Positions 8,832 through 18,034 are shown, counted from the first letter of the stretch. The stretch: DNA of 24,419 bases from a virus (IMGVR_UViG_3300037440_000195:1-24419); one strand, 5' to 3'. A program made the numbers and translations. Notes: a model not told the origin generated them from the sequence alone.

Positions 8832-10678
8832 CCACCAGCTATTTCCTCAGCTCCACCGACTCCGACCTGACTGGCGGGACAGACTTCACCAAGCTGCTCG
8901 ACGACACTGCCGCGGCCCGCTCCACGCTGGCATTCACTGTCGCCAACAGCTCCACCGAGACCAGTCACGGCGTCACCGACGTTGGGGTCCCCAGTGCGGA
9001 CGGCGGCACAGGTTCCCAGTCGTGGACGGTCAAGGTCGATGTCGATGTCGGCAGTACGAGCATCTTCTGTTCAGTCAGGGTCGCCCGGATCAATGCGGCG
9101 GGGTCCCAGCAGGCGATCAGCGCGGTCACGGCGGAGCAGCAGTGCACTGCAGGGGTCAAGACTTTCACCTTGAGTCTCGTCAACCTCGGCACCTGGGCGG
9201 CGGGTGACCGGCTTCGCGTGCTGTACCTGTTCCGGTCCAGCAACCTGCACGGCGGCGATGCGGGCATCACCATCGGGCTCAACACCGCAGACTCCGAAGT
9301 CACCGCACCGTGGACTATCGTGCCGCCGTCCTCGGTTAATCTCACCCCAGCAGCGGTGGCCCTTTCAGGCGTAGCACTGGACCCGGCACCCGGCTCTGTC
9401 GCAGTAAACCTCACGCCAGCCGAGATCGCCCTAACCGCGGTTGCGCTCGATCCGGTCGCGCCAGCCTCGGTCGACCTGACTCCAGCCACCATCGTTCTGA
9501 CTGCCGTCGCACTGCCGGTCGGCGACGACCTCGTGTTCTGGGACGGGGACGCAATCATCTGGGACGGCGACTTCGTCCGCTGGGGCGCGGCTCCGGGCAC
9601 GCCGTCAATGGACCTGACACCCGCTGTACTGTCGCTCTCCGCGGTCGCTCTGGATCCGCAGCCGGGCACGGTGAACATCGACCTGACGCCTGCTGCGTTT
9701 GCGCTCTCTGCTGTGGTCCTGGACGCCGCACCGGGCGTGGTAAGCGTTGACCTGACTCCCGCTGAGCTAGCACTCTCGGCGATGGTGCTGTCCCCCGGCG
9801 CAGGGGCTCCGCAGGTGGATCTGACTCCGGCTGAGCTGGCACTCACCGGGGTCGCGCTAGACCCGCAGCCGGGAGTCGTCCAGGTCAACCTGACCCCGGC
9901 AACATTCCAGCTCGTCGCGGTTGAGCTGTCTCCGGTGCCGTTCGGCGCAGCGGTGCTGACCCCCGCGGTGCTGAACCTCACCGCTGTGGCGCTCGATCCT
10001 CAGCCCGGTCTCGTGTCCGTGAACCTCACCCCAGCAGAGCTGAGCCTCACCGCCGTTGCCCTCTCGCCGGGGGCCGGGGCAACCCAGGTCAGCCTCACCC
10101 CTGCAGAGGTTAACCTGGACGCCGTCGCGCTCGATCCGCAGCCGGGCACCGTCCAGGTCAATCTCGTCCCAGCCGAGGTCTCCCTCACCGCGCCGGCGCT
10201 GAACCCGGTCGGTGTCGGCGGGGTGATCCTCACCCCCGCTGTGCTGTCGCTGACGGCTGTGCCGCTGGACCCGCAGCCAGGGGTCGTATCGGTAACGCTG
10301 GAGCCCGCCGCTGTGGCGCTCACCGCACTGCCGCTGGGTCCGCAGGGACTTCCCGGAGAGGCGGTCCTGGCCCCGGCTGAGGTTACGTTCCAGGCCGTCG
10401 CGCTTGACCCGCAGCCCGGAGCTCCCGCGGTGCCGCTGGTCCCGGCGACGATTGCCCTCACCGCTGTCGCGCTGTCTACTGCGGTCGGTGTCGCCTCGAC
10501 GTCGCTCACCCCGGCTGAGATCAACCTGCAGGCGGTGCCGCTGCACATCGGGGCGATCTCTAGCCTAACGTTCTCGAAGATGCGCCCGATCCAGTTGGTG
10601 ACTGCGACGCGTCCGCTCCAGGTGTCTGTATCGCTGCGTCCGCTCCAGGTGTCCGCGACGGTGCGCCCGATCCAGTAG
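8828..10678 (+). CDS. virion fibre-like protein with 17 tandem 22-23 aa repeats
   Basis: Globular N-terminal ~165 aa, then repeats of consensus VxLTPAxLxLTAVALDPQPG; ends with four RP(I/L)Q units. Confidence 0.7.
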   Translation: MTTSYFLSSTDSDLTGGTDFTKLLDDTAAARSTLAFTVANSSTETSHGVTDVGVPSADGGTGSQSWTVKVDVDVGSTSIFCSVRVARINAAGSQQAISAVTAEQQCTAGVKTFTLSLVNLGTWAAGDRLRVLYLFRSSNLHGGDAGITIGLNTADSEVTAPWTIVPPSSVNLTPAAVALSGVALDPAPGSVAVNLTPAEIALTAVALDPVAPASVDLTPATIVLTAVALPVGDDLVFWDGDAIIWDGDFVRWGAAPGTPSMDLTPAVLSLSAVALDPQPGTVNIDLTPAAFALSAVVLDAAPGVVSVDLTPAELALSAMVLSPGAGAPQVDLTPAELALTGVALDPQPGVVQVNLTPATFQLVAVELSPVPFGAAVLTPAVLNLTAVALDPQPGLVSVNLTPAELSLTAVALSPGAGATQVSLTPAEVNLDAVALDPQPGTVQVNLVPAEVSLTAPALNPVGVGGVILTPAVLSLTAVPLDPQPGVVSVTLEPAAVALTALPLGPQGLPGEAVLAPAEVTFQAVALDPQPGAPAVPLVPATIALTAVALSTAVGVASTSLTPAEINLQAVPLHIGAISSLTFSKMRPIQLVTATRPLQVSVSLRPLQVSATVRPIQ

Positions 10679-10700
10679 CAGGAAGTGGGATGATGCCGCC

Positions 10701-11531
10701 ATGGCGATGCTCGACTCCGGACCGTGCCAGAACTGGCCACCGATCTGCGATGACTTCCCCGAGGAGCCGACGCAGGCGCAGCAGGACCTGATTGACGCGT
10801 CGGTGCAGGCTGCCACGGAGGTGCTGTGGAACCGGACGCACAGGCGGTTCGGCCTGTGCACGGTGACGCTGCGGCCGTGCCGCAGTGAGTGCGCCAGCTT
10901 CGTGCTGCCCCGCGGCTGGTACGACTACTCGGGCTGGACCTGGCCTTTCCCGGTCCTGTACGGCGGCAAGTGGATCAACCTGGTGTGCGGGACGTGCGGA
11001 GATAACTGCTCGTGCTCCAGCCTGTCCGAGGTTGTGCTCCCGTCTCCGGTGGCGGAGGTCGACGAGGTGAAGGTCAACGGGGTGGCGCTCGATGCCGCCG
11101 CGTACCGGGTCGACGACTGGCGGAAGCTGGTGCGCGTCGACGGTGGGGAGTGGCCGCGCTGCAACGACCTGAACCTGGCGGACACCGAGGTCGGCACCTG
11201 GTCCGTCACCGCGAGCTACGGCGAGCAGGTCCCCACGCTCGGGTCGCTCGCGGTCGGGCAGCTCGCGTCGGCGATCTACAAGGGCTGCCCCGGCGCGGAC
11301 GCCGGGCCGTGCCCGCTGCCCTCGGCGACGATCCGGCAGGTCACTCGGCAGGGTGTGACGACGATCTACTTCGACGCCGAGTCGGCATTCAAGAACGGCG
11401 CAGTCGGCCTGTACTACCCGGACCTGTTCGTCGCCACCTACAACCCTGGCGGGAGGCGGCAGGCGAAGGTGTACGACATCGACAAGCCGCGGAGCCGCAA
11501 CGTCGGCAGCATCCCCGGCCCGACGCCGTAG
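10701..11531 (+). CDS. head-to-tail adaptor
   Basis: 276 aa, AATEVLW..T.RRFGLCTVTLRPC, Cys cluster, GGEWPRCNDL, CPLP...VTRQGV; matches cluster-B-like adaptors. Confidence 0.7.
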   Translation: MAMLDSGPCQNWPPICDDFPEEPTQAQQDLIDASVQAATEVLWNRTHRRFGLCTVTLRPCRSECASFVLPRGWYDYSGWTWPFPVLYGGKWINLVCGTCGDNCSCSSLSEVVLPSPVAEVDEVKVNGVALDAAAYRVDDWRKLVRVDGGEWPRCNDLNLADTEVGTWSVTASYGEQVPTLGSLAVGQLASAIYKGCPGADAGPCPLPSATIRQVTRQGVTTIYFDAESAFKNGAVGLYYPDLFVATYNPGGRRQAKVYDIDKPRSRNVGSIPGPTP

Positions 11532-11540
11532 GCTGGCGCC

Positions 11541-12146
11541 GTGCCGACCTCCGCTAACCCGCAGGCCGCCTACCTGGTGGCCCAGGAACTTCTCACCTGC
11601 GCGCTGGACAAGGTGGAGACCACCTGGGCTGACGAGCCGGAGTGGAACCTCCAGCGGGCCTGCGTGGTGTGGGGCGAGATCGCGTGGGACAACTGCGAGT
11701 GCGGCCAGCTCGTCGTCTCCATCGGCCGCCAGTTCCCGTCGAACGAGTTCCCCTTCGACGCCGGGGCAGGCATCGGCACCGGGGTCGGTGCTGTGTCGCG
11801 CCAGTCCCGCTGCGGATCACCGATCTGGATCATCGAGTACGAGATCAGCATCCTGCGCTGCGCCCCCATCCAGGACGAGCAGGGCCACCCGCCGCCGTGC
11901 GCTGACCTGGACGAGTCTGCGAGGCGGCTAGCGATTGACGCGTGGGCTGTCCGCACCGGGATCGGCTGCTGCCTGGCGTCGCTCAAGACGGGCCTGGAGG
12001 CGAACGGTGCCCCGTCGATCCACGAGTACCTGATACGGGAGCAGATCGCGACCGGGCCTGCCGGTGGCTGCGCCGGGTCGAGCCTCATGGTGTCGGTGGG
12101 GCTGCGTAACTGCTTCTGCCCGCCAGATCAGGCCGGGTCGTCGTGA
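11541..12146 (+). CDS. tail terminator / head-tail connector protein
   Basis: 201 aa, WDNCECGQL...ILRCAP...GPAGGCAG motifs; follows the adaptor gene. Confidence 0.55.
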   Translation: MPTSANPQAAYLVAQELLTCALDKVETTWADEPEWNLQRACVVWGEIAWDNCECGQLVVSIGRQFPSNEFPFDAGAGIGTGVGAVSRQSRCGSPIWIIEYEISILRCAPIQDEQGHPPPCADLDESARRLAIDAWAVRTGIGCCLASLKTGLEANGAPSIHEYLIREQIATGPAGGCAGSSLMVSVGLRNCFCPPDQAGSS

Positions 12147-12451
12147 GCGTGCGGATCACGCACACCGTGCACCTCGGGGCGATCCAGTCGCTGTTCGCGC
12201 CGGGCTCGCGGGTGTACCTGGACATCATCAGGCGGGCGATCAAGGTGCAGAACGGTGCCCGCAGGCGGGTCGCGGTGGACACGGGTCGGCTGCGGAGCTC
12301 CATCAACGTGACCGCCCCGGTGGTGCGGGACGGCGCGTCCGGGGCTCGGATCGGCACCAACGTGGAGTACGCGATCTACGTTGAGAAGGGCACGAGGTAC
12401 ATGCGCGCCCGGCCCTACCTGGAGCCCGCGCTGCAGGACGCCCGCGGCTAG
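12143..12451 (+). CDS. HK97 gp10-like tail completion protein
   Basis: VDTGRLRSSI...IGTNVEYAIYVEKGTRYMRARPYLEPAL signature. Confidence 0.85.
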   Translation: MSVRITHTVHLGAIQSLFAPGSRVYLDIIRRAIKVQNGARRRVAVDTGRLRSSINVTAPVVRDGASGARIGTNVEYAIYVEKGTRYMRARPYLEPALQDARG

Positions 12452-12490
12452 CGGCGCGGTAATTCGCGCGCAATTTCTCCGAGGAGGGTG

Positions 12491-12551
12491 TTCCATCCCC
12501 TCGCGCCAGGTGCTACTTTGGAGTTATCAGGAAACGAACGAGGAGGGTCCC
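12491..12551 (+). promoter_or_regulatory. cassette promoter/RBS repeat, copy 1
   Basis: TTCCAT-17bp-TACTTT with extended TG, then TTATCAGGAAACGAACGAGGAGG, ATG at 12552. Confidence 0.8.
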
Positions 12552-12854
12552 ATGACCGCCACCACAGCCGCCGTCTTCACTGTCACCGCCACTGTCGGAG
12601 GTCGGGAGCGAGTCCTCCGCGCCTTCATCGAGCGCGACAAGGCCGACGCCCACGCCGAGCGGCTAGACGCCACGGTGCGCACCCGCACCTTCGCCCTGGG
12701 TGACCGCGTGGACATCACCTGGCACGGCTGGCCCAAGTCCGGCGTCATCACCGCCTTCGCCAAGACGACCGCCACCGTGAGGTTCTTTCCCCGCGCCAAC
12801 GAGGCCGCGGCCGAGCGGAAGTTCCTGCTGGCTGCCCTGGCCGAGTGGAACTGA
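12552..12854 (+). CDS. hypothetical protein, C-terminal SH3/KOW-like segment
   Basis: Start reassigned to ATG 12552 after GAGGAGG (track ORF begins at 12381). FALGDRVDITW...GVITAF...ATVRF. Confidence 0.75.
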   Translation: MTATTAAVFTVTATVGGRERVLRAFIERDKADAHAERLDATVRTRTFALGDRVDITWHGWPKSGVITAFAKTTATVRFFPRANEAAAERKFLLAALAEWN

Positions 12855-12866
12855 GGGAGAGGGGGC

Positions 12867-13091
12867 ATGACGACCAGGCAGCGGCTGCTGGCCCACATCG
12901 CCGAGCTGCACACCGGGCGGAGCCAACCGGCGCTGTGGTGGCCGTACAAGCGCCTCGCGTCTTGGCACGCCCGGCAGCACCACCGGTACTGGACGAACCA
13001 CTACCACGAGGGCCCGAACCTCGGGCCAGACCAGCGCCCGCCCGGCTGGTACACAGGTGAGGGCGCGATCAAGAAGGGAGCAAAGACATGA
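12867..13091 (+). CDS. hypothetical protein (74 aa, W/H-rich)
   Basis: SD GGGAGAGG; ATGA overlap with the next gene. Confidence 0.65.
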   Translation: MTTRQRLLAHIAELHTGRSQPALWWPYKRLASWHARQHHRYWTNHYHEGPNLGPDQRPPGWYTGEGAIKKGAKT

Positions 13092-13405
13092 CGAGGGTCA
13101 AGCCGATGAGGTACCACGGACCCGGCTGGGAGGCTGAGGTCAACGACATCGACTACCAGGTGTGGGCACCGCGTGAGGCGGAGCCCAACGTGAGCGACGG
13201 GACGGACTTCGGGCCGAAGCACCGCGCCGACTGGCAGTCCGCGTGGACCGGAGACGGCGGCGACTCGGGCGACGTGCGGCACGGCGACACTCTCGACGAG
13301 GTGCTGGGCATCTTCCCGGCGTCGGTGGCCGTCGCATTCAGGCGAGAGATCGACGCGTGGCTGGCCGAGCCGTCGACCACGACGTGGAAGCTCGGGGCGC
13401 TGTAG
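13088..13405 (+). CDS. hypothetical protein (105 aa)
   Basis: ATCAAGAAGGGAG upstream; GC3-rich frame. Confidence 0.7.
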   Translation: MTRVKPMRYHGPGWEAEVNDIDYQVWAPREAEPNVSDGTDFGPKHRADWQSAWTGDGGDSGDVRHGDTLDEVLGIFPASVAVAFRREIDAWLAEPSTTTWKLGAL

Positions 13406-13581
13406 TGAGACGCGGACGCTACCGGGCCGACCGGCTCCGTCCTGCTGAGCCGGTCACCGGGTACTGCTGGGACTGCCAGTGGCTCGGCCGGATGATCGAG
13501 ACAGGTCGGCACACTGCCGACTACACAGCACTGCTGGTGCGGCACTTCCAGTCCGCCCACGAGATCAAGAAGGAGAACTGA
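13405..13581 (+). CDS. small C2H2-like zinc-binding protein (58 aa)
   Basis: TAGTG overlap with the previous stop; CWDC...HFQSAH. Confidence 0.55.
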   Translation: MRRGRYRADRLRPAEPVTGYCWDCQWLGRMIETGRHTADYTALLVRHFQSAHEIKKEN

Positions 13582-13582
13582 C

Positions 13583-13894
13583 GTGGAGATCAACGCGAGC
13601 ACAGGGGGTCGACGGATCACGCTCGACCCGATCATGGAGACCCCGACCGAGGTGAAGCTGCCGAGGCGGCGGGTCGAGTCGCTGATCCCGGCTGGGTTCC
13701 GGCAGCTCTGGTCAGACGGCAGCTACGGCGACCTGGAGTTCGAGGTATCTAGCGGGGCCGGTCTCGGCTCGCCGTGGCTGACGCTGCTGGTGAAGCGGGA
13801 CGGCGCAACGATCGCCCAGGAGGTCGTCAACCTGCGCGAGCTAGTCCCAGCCTGGCTGGACGCGGTAATCGCTGACGGCCCGACTCCGGGCTGA
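13583..13894 (+). CDS. hypothetical protein (103 aa)
   Basis: ATCAAGAAGGAG upstream of GTG. Confidence 0.7.
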   Translation: MEINASTGGRRITLDPIMETPTEVKLPRRRVESLIPAGFRQLWSDGSYGDLEFEVSSGAGLGSPWLTLLVKRDGATIAQEVVNLRELVPAWLDAVIADGPTPG

Positions 13895-13903
13895 TGCGCG
13901 GGT

Positions 13904-14068
13904 CTACACGCCGACTGGCTCGCGTGCCTGCTTCCGTGCAGCTCGGTAGCGGATCGCGCACTCGACGTGCCAGAGCCGACCGTAGATGCGGACAGCGTTG
14001 GCGCCCAGCCTGATGTACCGCTTGCACCAGGGTGCTTCGCAGCGGGCGTTGCCGTGTCGCATCTTCAC
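13904..14068 (-). CDS. small basic zinc-finger protein (54 aa), probably leaderless
   Basis: MKMRHGNARCEAPWCKRYIRLGANAVRIYGRLWHVECAIRYRAARKQAREPVGV, with C-x4-C...H-x2-C. A -10-like CATACT lies 6 nt before GTG. Fills the only large gap; absent from the track (<60 aa). Confidence 0.65.
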   Translation of the reverse strand: MKMRHGNARCEAPWCKRYIRLGANAVRIYGRLWHVECAIRYRAARKQAREPVGV

Positions 14069-14123
14069 GATCTAAGTATGCCCAGGTCAGGGCGAATTCA
14101 CCTGAGAATTGTTCGCAGAACGC

Positions 14124-14185
14124 TTCCGTGTGTCCCACCCGTCTGCTAGTTTGGAGTTATCAGGAAACGGAACGAGGAGGATCCC
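14124..14185 (+). promoter_or_regulatory. cassette promoter/RBS repeat, copy 2
   Basis: TTCCGT-17bp-TAGTTT (TG extended), GGAGTTATCAGGAAACGGAACGAGGAGGATCCC, ATG 14186. Confidence 0.8.
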
Positions 14186-14518
14186 ATGACCCACACCCCA
14201 GCCCCCCAGATGATCACAGTCCTGGTGACCGTCACCAACGCCGACCACGCCAAGTACGGCCGAGACGCGTGGCTCGTCAACAGCATCGTCGACGGCGAGG
14301 TTGACCCGTACTGGACCATCGAGACGGTGTCCTTCGCCCCGGTGCGGGCAGCCCTCCGGGTCGCCGCGGCACTGCACCTGACTCGCACCCACAGCGACCA
14401 CCGGATCTCCCGGCTCGGCCGCGTGAGCGCCGAGGAGGACGCCGACATCCAGGGCGAGCTGGACGACTACAGCGCCCGCAGCTACCGGGCAGAGCTCCGG
14501 CTCGTCGCTAAGGGCTAG
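14186..14518 (+). CDS. hypothetical protein (110 aa)
   Basis: First gene after repeat copy 2, strong SD. Confidence 0.75.
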   Translation: MTHTPAPQMITVLVTVTNADHAKYGRDAWLVNSIVDGEVDPYWTIETVSFAPVRAALRVAAALHLTRTHSDHRISRLGRVSAEEDADIQGELDDYSARSYRAELRLVAKG

Positions 14519-14526
14519 AGTCCACG

Positions 14527-14550
14527 GGCGGGGGGCTCCGGCCCCCCGCC
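14527..14550 (+). terminator. GC-rich hairpin (terminator or processing site, no U-tract)
   Basis: GGCGGGGGGC-TCCG-GCCCCCCGCC, a perfect 10-bp stem after the stop codon. Confidence 0.5.
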
Positions 14551-14574
14551 ACCACATCAGGAAGGAAGCAGATC

Positions 14575-14712
14575 ATGCAGGCTCAGAGGTTCGCACTCGG
14601 CCAGGCCCGGTTCTGGTTCACGCTCCACGAGATCGCGATGGAGCGCGGCGACACCGTGCTGGCCGACGAGCGCCTGGCCGCCTGCGAGGAGATCCTGGAG
14701 GCAGCATCATGA
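14575..14712 (+). CDS. hypothetical protein (45 aa)
   Basis: MQAQRFALGQARFWFTLHEIAMERGDTVLADERLAACEEILEAAS; ATCAGGAAGGA upstream, ATGA overlap downstream. Confidence 0.65.
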   Translation: MQAQRFALGQARFWFTLHEIAMERGDTVLADERLAACEEILEAAS

Positions 14713-15146
14713 CAAAGATCCGCACAGCCGAGGAGCACCTGGCCCACCTGGAGAAGCTGTACGTCAAGCTCGTCCACGCTGGCGGAGACCCGGAGGAGAT
14801 CGACACCCTCCGCCAGCTCATCAACGGGTACCGCTCCAACGGCATCGAGAACCCCGACCGGCCGACACCAGGCACCGCGATCACGCGGGCACTAGAGGCA
14901 GTCGGCTTGAAGCGCGGCGAGCACTTCCGCGTCACCGGCTACTGGAGTCGGCGCGACGGCCGCAAGGTCAAGGTCGCAGTCCGGGTCACCACCTGGGACG
15001 AGGTAGTTGAGGGCATCATCGCCGACAACAAGAAGCTGATCGAGCAGGTGACGTGGGGCATGGGCCGACCGTTCTCGGTCACGGTCCACTGGACTCGCAG
15101 CCAGCAGCCGGTCACCTACGTGTCGCACATGTTCGGGAAGGTGTGA
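14709..15146 (+). CDS. hypothetical protein (145 aa)
   Basis: GGAGG SD, coupled start. Confidence 0.75.
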   Translation: MTKIRTAEEHLAHLEKLYVKLVHAGGDPEEIDTLRQLINGYRSNGIENPDRPTPGTAITRALEAVGLKRGEHFRVTGYWSRRDGRKVKVAVRVTTWDEVVEGIIADNKKLIEQVTWGMGRPFSVTVHWTRSQQPVTYVSHMFGKV

Positions 15147-15149
15147 GTT

Positions 15150-15476
15150 ATGCCGAAGATCCGTGTTACCCGCCGCGTCGCCGAGCATCTCTCAGGCGGC
15201 GAGGTATGGGCCAGGCTTCGCGCCGGTCGCCCGCAGCGCGACGGCGAGCCGCCCGAGGACGTCTCCATGATGGACAAGATCCGCACCGCGGAGATCCGCA
15301 AGGACAGCAGCGTCCGCGTCGACCTCACCGGACCCGAGGTCGAGGGTCTCCTCGTCTATGCCGAGGGCATGCAGGCCGCAGCGCAGGGCGACGCCGGGTG
15401 GGACAAGAGCGCACTAGCCGACTACAACGCCGCGACCGCACTGGTGCGGCAGATCAGGAAGGAACTGAACAGATGA
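15150..15476 (+). CDS. hypothetical protein (108 aa)
   Basis: Tight packing, ATGA overlap with the next gene. Confidence 0.7.
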   Translation: MPKIRVTRRVAEHLSGGEVWARLRAGRPQRDGEPPEDVSMMDKIRTAEIRKDSSVRVDLTGPEVEGLLVYAEGMQAAAQGDAGWDKSALADYNAATALVRQIRKELNR

Positions 15477-16087
15477 GTAAGACGACAGCGAGGCAGTCTG
15501 GCTACGCGCTCACCACTCCGTGTGCCAAGTGCCCGTTCCGCAGCGACGTGGAGCCCTACCTCCAGTTGGAGCGGGCGCAGGAGATCGCCGCGAACCTCCG
15601 CGACACTGGGGTGTTCCACTGCCACAAGACGACCGACCTCGACGGCGGGTTTGACGACGACTCCGGCGAGTACACACCCTCGGGGCAGGAGCAGCAGTGC
15701 GCCGGGGCGACCATCCTGCAGGAGCACGACGGGCAGCTCGGGCAGATGCTCCGCATCGCCGAGCGCATCGGCGTCTACGACCGGAACCGCATGGATCTGG
15801 ACGCCCCTGTGCCCGCCTTGATCAGCGACTGGGTTCGCCGCTACAGGCCGGAGACTCCGACCGTGACGGTAGACGGTGAGGAGCTGGAGTACGAGCACTG
15901 TGGCGTCGTGGGGCCGGACTGCGAGGACCCTGCCGGGTACGGCGGTGGCGGCGGGGTGTGGGAGAACGACGACGAGCCGACCTGCCACCCCGTTGATGAC
16001 GCGTGCGTCGAGTGCGGCAACCCGATGTGCGGGGCGTGTCGCTCCGAGGCGGGCGACCTGTGCGTGACCTGCGCCGAGGAGGAGTGA
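15473..16087 (+). CDS. Cys-rich metal-binding protein (DUF6283-like N-terminus plus C-terminal zinc finger)
   Basis: Start reassigned to ATG 15473. PCAKCPFR...FHCHK...CAGA and CVECGNPMCGAC...CVTC. Confidence 0.7.
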   Translation: MSKTTARQSGYALTTPCAKCPFRSDVEPYLQLERAQEIAANLRDTGVFHCHKTTDLDGGFDDDSGEYTPSGQEQQCAGATILQEHDGQLGQMLRIAERIGVYDRNRMDLDAPVPALISDWVRRYRPETPTVTVDGEELEYEHCGVVGPDCEDPAGYGGGGGVWENDDEPTCHPVDDACVECGNPMCGACRSEAGDLCVTCAEEE

Positions 16088-16177
16088 TAGATCTCTCGAT
16101 CCCGAAGATCGCGCAGCACGTGACGGACCGGAACCCGGACAGCCTGTACTGGTGAGGAAACTCCATGGGGAGGGGGG

Positions 16178-16240
16178 TTCCGCGCTGCGACTCCAGGTGC
16201 TAGCTTTGCTCTTATCAGGAAACGAACTGAGGAGGACACC
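16178..16240 (+). promoter_or_regulatory. cassette promoter/RBS repeat, copy 3
   Basis: TTCCGC-17bp-TAGCTT (TG extended), CTTATCAGGAAACGAACTGAGGAGG, ATG 16241. Confidence 0.78.
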
Positions 16241-16693
16241 ATGAACACCACAGCCACCGCCGAGCAGAAGGTCCAGACGTTCGAGCGCACCCTGGGAATC
16301 CAGATCAGCCACAAGGAGAGGGCCGACCGGGAGTTTCGCCAGGCAGCTACCGAGCACGGCGCGCTCTATGCCATTGAGTGGGGCCGTCAGTACGCCGAGA
16401 CGATCGCCCAGGCCGAGCTGTGGGAGACAGTCGCCTACCACTTCAACGACAACGACAACCTGCAGGTGGACTTCGGCGAAGAGGAGGACCTGACGCCCCG
16501 CGTGGCCCGCGCCATCGCCGCGATCCACGCGGTGCTGTACGAGATCGAGAAGCAGCTCCTCCGCAACTGGGTCCGCAAGTCGAGCACCGACGAGTTCAGC
16601 AACGCCGTCTCCGGTGCCCGCGCCAACGGTGCAGCCCGCTTCCACGAGGAGGCCACCGGCATGCTCAAGTTCCTCACCGCCGACGAGAAGTAG
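16241..16693 (+). CDS. hypothetical helical protein (150 aa)
   Basis: First gene after repeat copy 3. Confidence 0.78.
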   Translation: MNTTATAEQKVQTFERTLGIQISHKERADREFRQAATEHGALYAIEWGRQYAETIAQAELWETVAYHFNDNDNLQVDFGEEEDLTPRVARAIAAIHAVLYEIEKQLLRNWVRKSSTDEFSNAVSGARANGAARFHEEATGMLKFLTADEK

Positions 16694-16702
16694 CCCGAGA
16701 CC

Positions 16703-16780
16703 GGGGGCGTCAGGTAGCCACCAGCGGGCCGTGCCAGCCGCCATACTGCGCACGCGGAGGTTCAAGTCCTCTGGCCCCCA
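16703..16780 (+). ncRNA. tRNA-like element with degenerate D and anticodon arms
   Basis: GGGGGC pairs with GCCCCC-A as an acceptor stem; canonical T-arm GGAGG-TTCAAGT-CCTCT at 16756-16772; intergenic, 78 nt. Confidence 0.5.
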
Positions 16781-16840
16781 CTCCACCCGGATCCGCCACA
16801 AGGGGCTGGTCCGCAGCATCAGGAAGGGGAAAAGGTTCCC

Positions 16841-18034
16841 ATGACCGTACAGACCACCACCCGCAACGCGACACTGCAGGATCTCGTCGCGCTGCTCAAG
16901 GACCACCAGTCCCGCAAGATCGACATGGTGATCCCCGCGAACACGCTCCGCGCCAACCAGGCCAACCTCATCGTCGAGGGAGCGGGCCAGGAGATCACAG
17001 AGGACGGCGTCACCACCGTCGACGGCATCTACCGCCCGACCGACGTGGCCGACGAGGGCCTGGCGAACAAGCTCAAGATCCCGTCCGCGTACCTCAAGCG
17101 GCTCCGCGCCGAGCGGCCCGACCTGTACGACGTGAACGTCAACGGCTGGCTTCACGGCAACCCGGACCCGCAGCCGGAGGAGCACGACGGCGGAGTCCAC
17201 ATGATCCACGGCCCGAACTTCGTCGGCCCTGACTCGCGGAAGTTCCTGCTGCGGGCATTCCGCGGCGACGACGGAGGCGAGGGCGTGGCCCGCGCATTCC
17301 TGTCCGACCGCTACGGGATCATCGACAACTTCGACGTGCTCGTCGCGGCGATGAAGGGCATCCAGCAGTCCGGGGCGCAGGCGACGATCGACCGCTGCGA
17401 CCTGTCCGACCGGAAGATGTACGTTCGGGTCTCCGCTCCCGACGTGGCCGTCATGGCGCCGGAGCTGCTGCGCGGCTACCGGTCTCCGTTCTCCGGTCAG
17501 TCCGGCGAGGAGCTGCCGGTCGTGCACGCCGGGTTCGTGATCTCCAACTCGGAGGTCGGTAACGGCTCGTACACGCTGATCCCCCAGGTCGTGGTCCAGG
17601 TGTGCTCCAACGGCATGACCCGCACCGTGGACGCGATGCGCCGCACCCACATCGGTGAGCGGATGGACCAGGGAGTCGTGCAGTGGTCCGCGGGCACCGA
17701 GCGCAAGTCGCTGGAGCTGATCACCTCCATGACCCAGGACGCCGTGGCGACCTTCCTCGACACCGGCTACGTGCAAAAGGTGGTCGACGAGGTGACCGAG
17801 CGGGCGACGAAGCCGGTCGCCAGTGACGCGGTGCAGGAGGTCACGAAGCGGCTGCGGTTCACCGATGAGGAGTCCGCGGGCGTGCTGGATCACTTCATCC
17901 GCGGCGGGCAGGTCACCGCAGGCGGCGTAATGCAGGCCGTGACGTCGTTCTCTCAGACCGTGCCGAACGCCGACCGGGCGTACGAGCTGGAGGCGCTGGG
18001 GATGGAGGCGCTGGTCCTGGTGTCGAAGTCCTGA
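16841..18034 (+). CDS. DUF932-family phage/plasmid protein
   Basis: RAFLSDRYGIIDNFDVL, GFVISNSEVGNGS and VCSNGM motifs. Confidence 0.75.
   Translation: MTVQTTTRNATLQDLVALLKDHQSRKIDMVIPANTLRANQANLIVEGAGQEITEDGVTTVDGIYRPTDVADEGLANKLKIPSAYLKRLRAERPDLYDVNVNGWLHGNPDPQPEEHDGGVHMIHGPNFVGPDSRKFLLRAFRGDDGGEGVARAFLSDRYGIIDNFDVLVAAMKGIQQSGAQATIDRCDLSDRKMYVRVSAPDVAVMAPELLRGYRSPFSGQSGEELPVVHAGFVISNSEVGNGSYTLIPQVVVQVCSNGMTRTVDAMRRTHIGERMDQGVVQWSAGTERKSLELITSMTQDAVATFLDTGYVQKVVDEVTERATKPVASDAVQEVTKRLRFTDEESAGVLDHFIRGGQVTAGGVMQAVTSFSQTVPNADRAYELEALGMEALVLVSKS

Noticed and set aside
16084-16155. 23-aa ORF coupled by GTGA to the Cys-rich gene
   Set aside because: Too short and featureless to support; may be a remnant.
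15422-17893. 823-aa minus-strand ORF
   Set aside because: Antisense to well-supported plus-strand genes and a promoter repeat; no recognisable domain.
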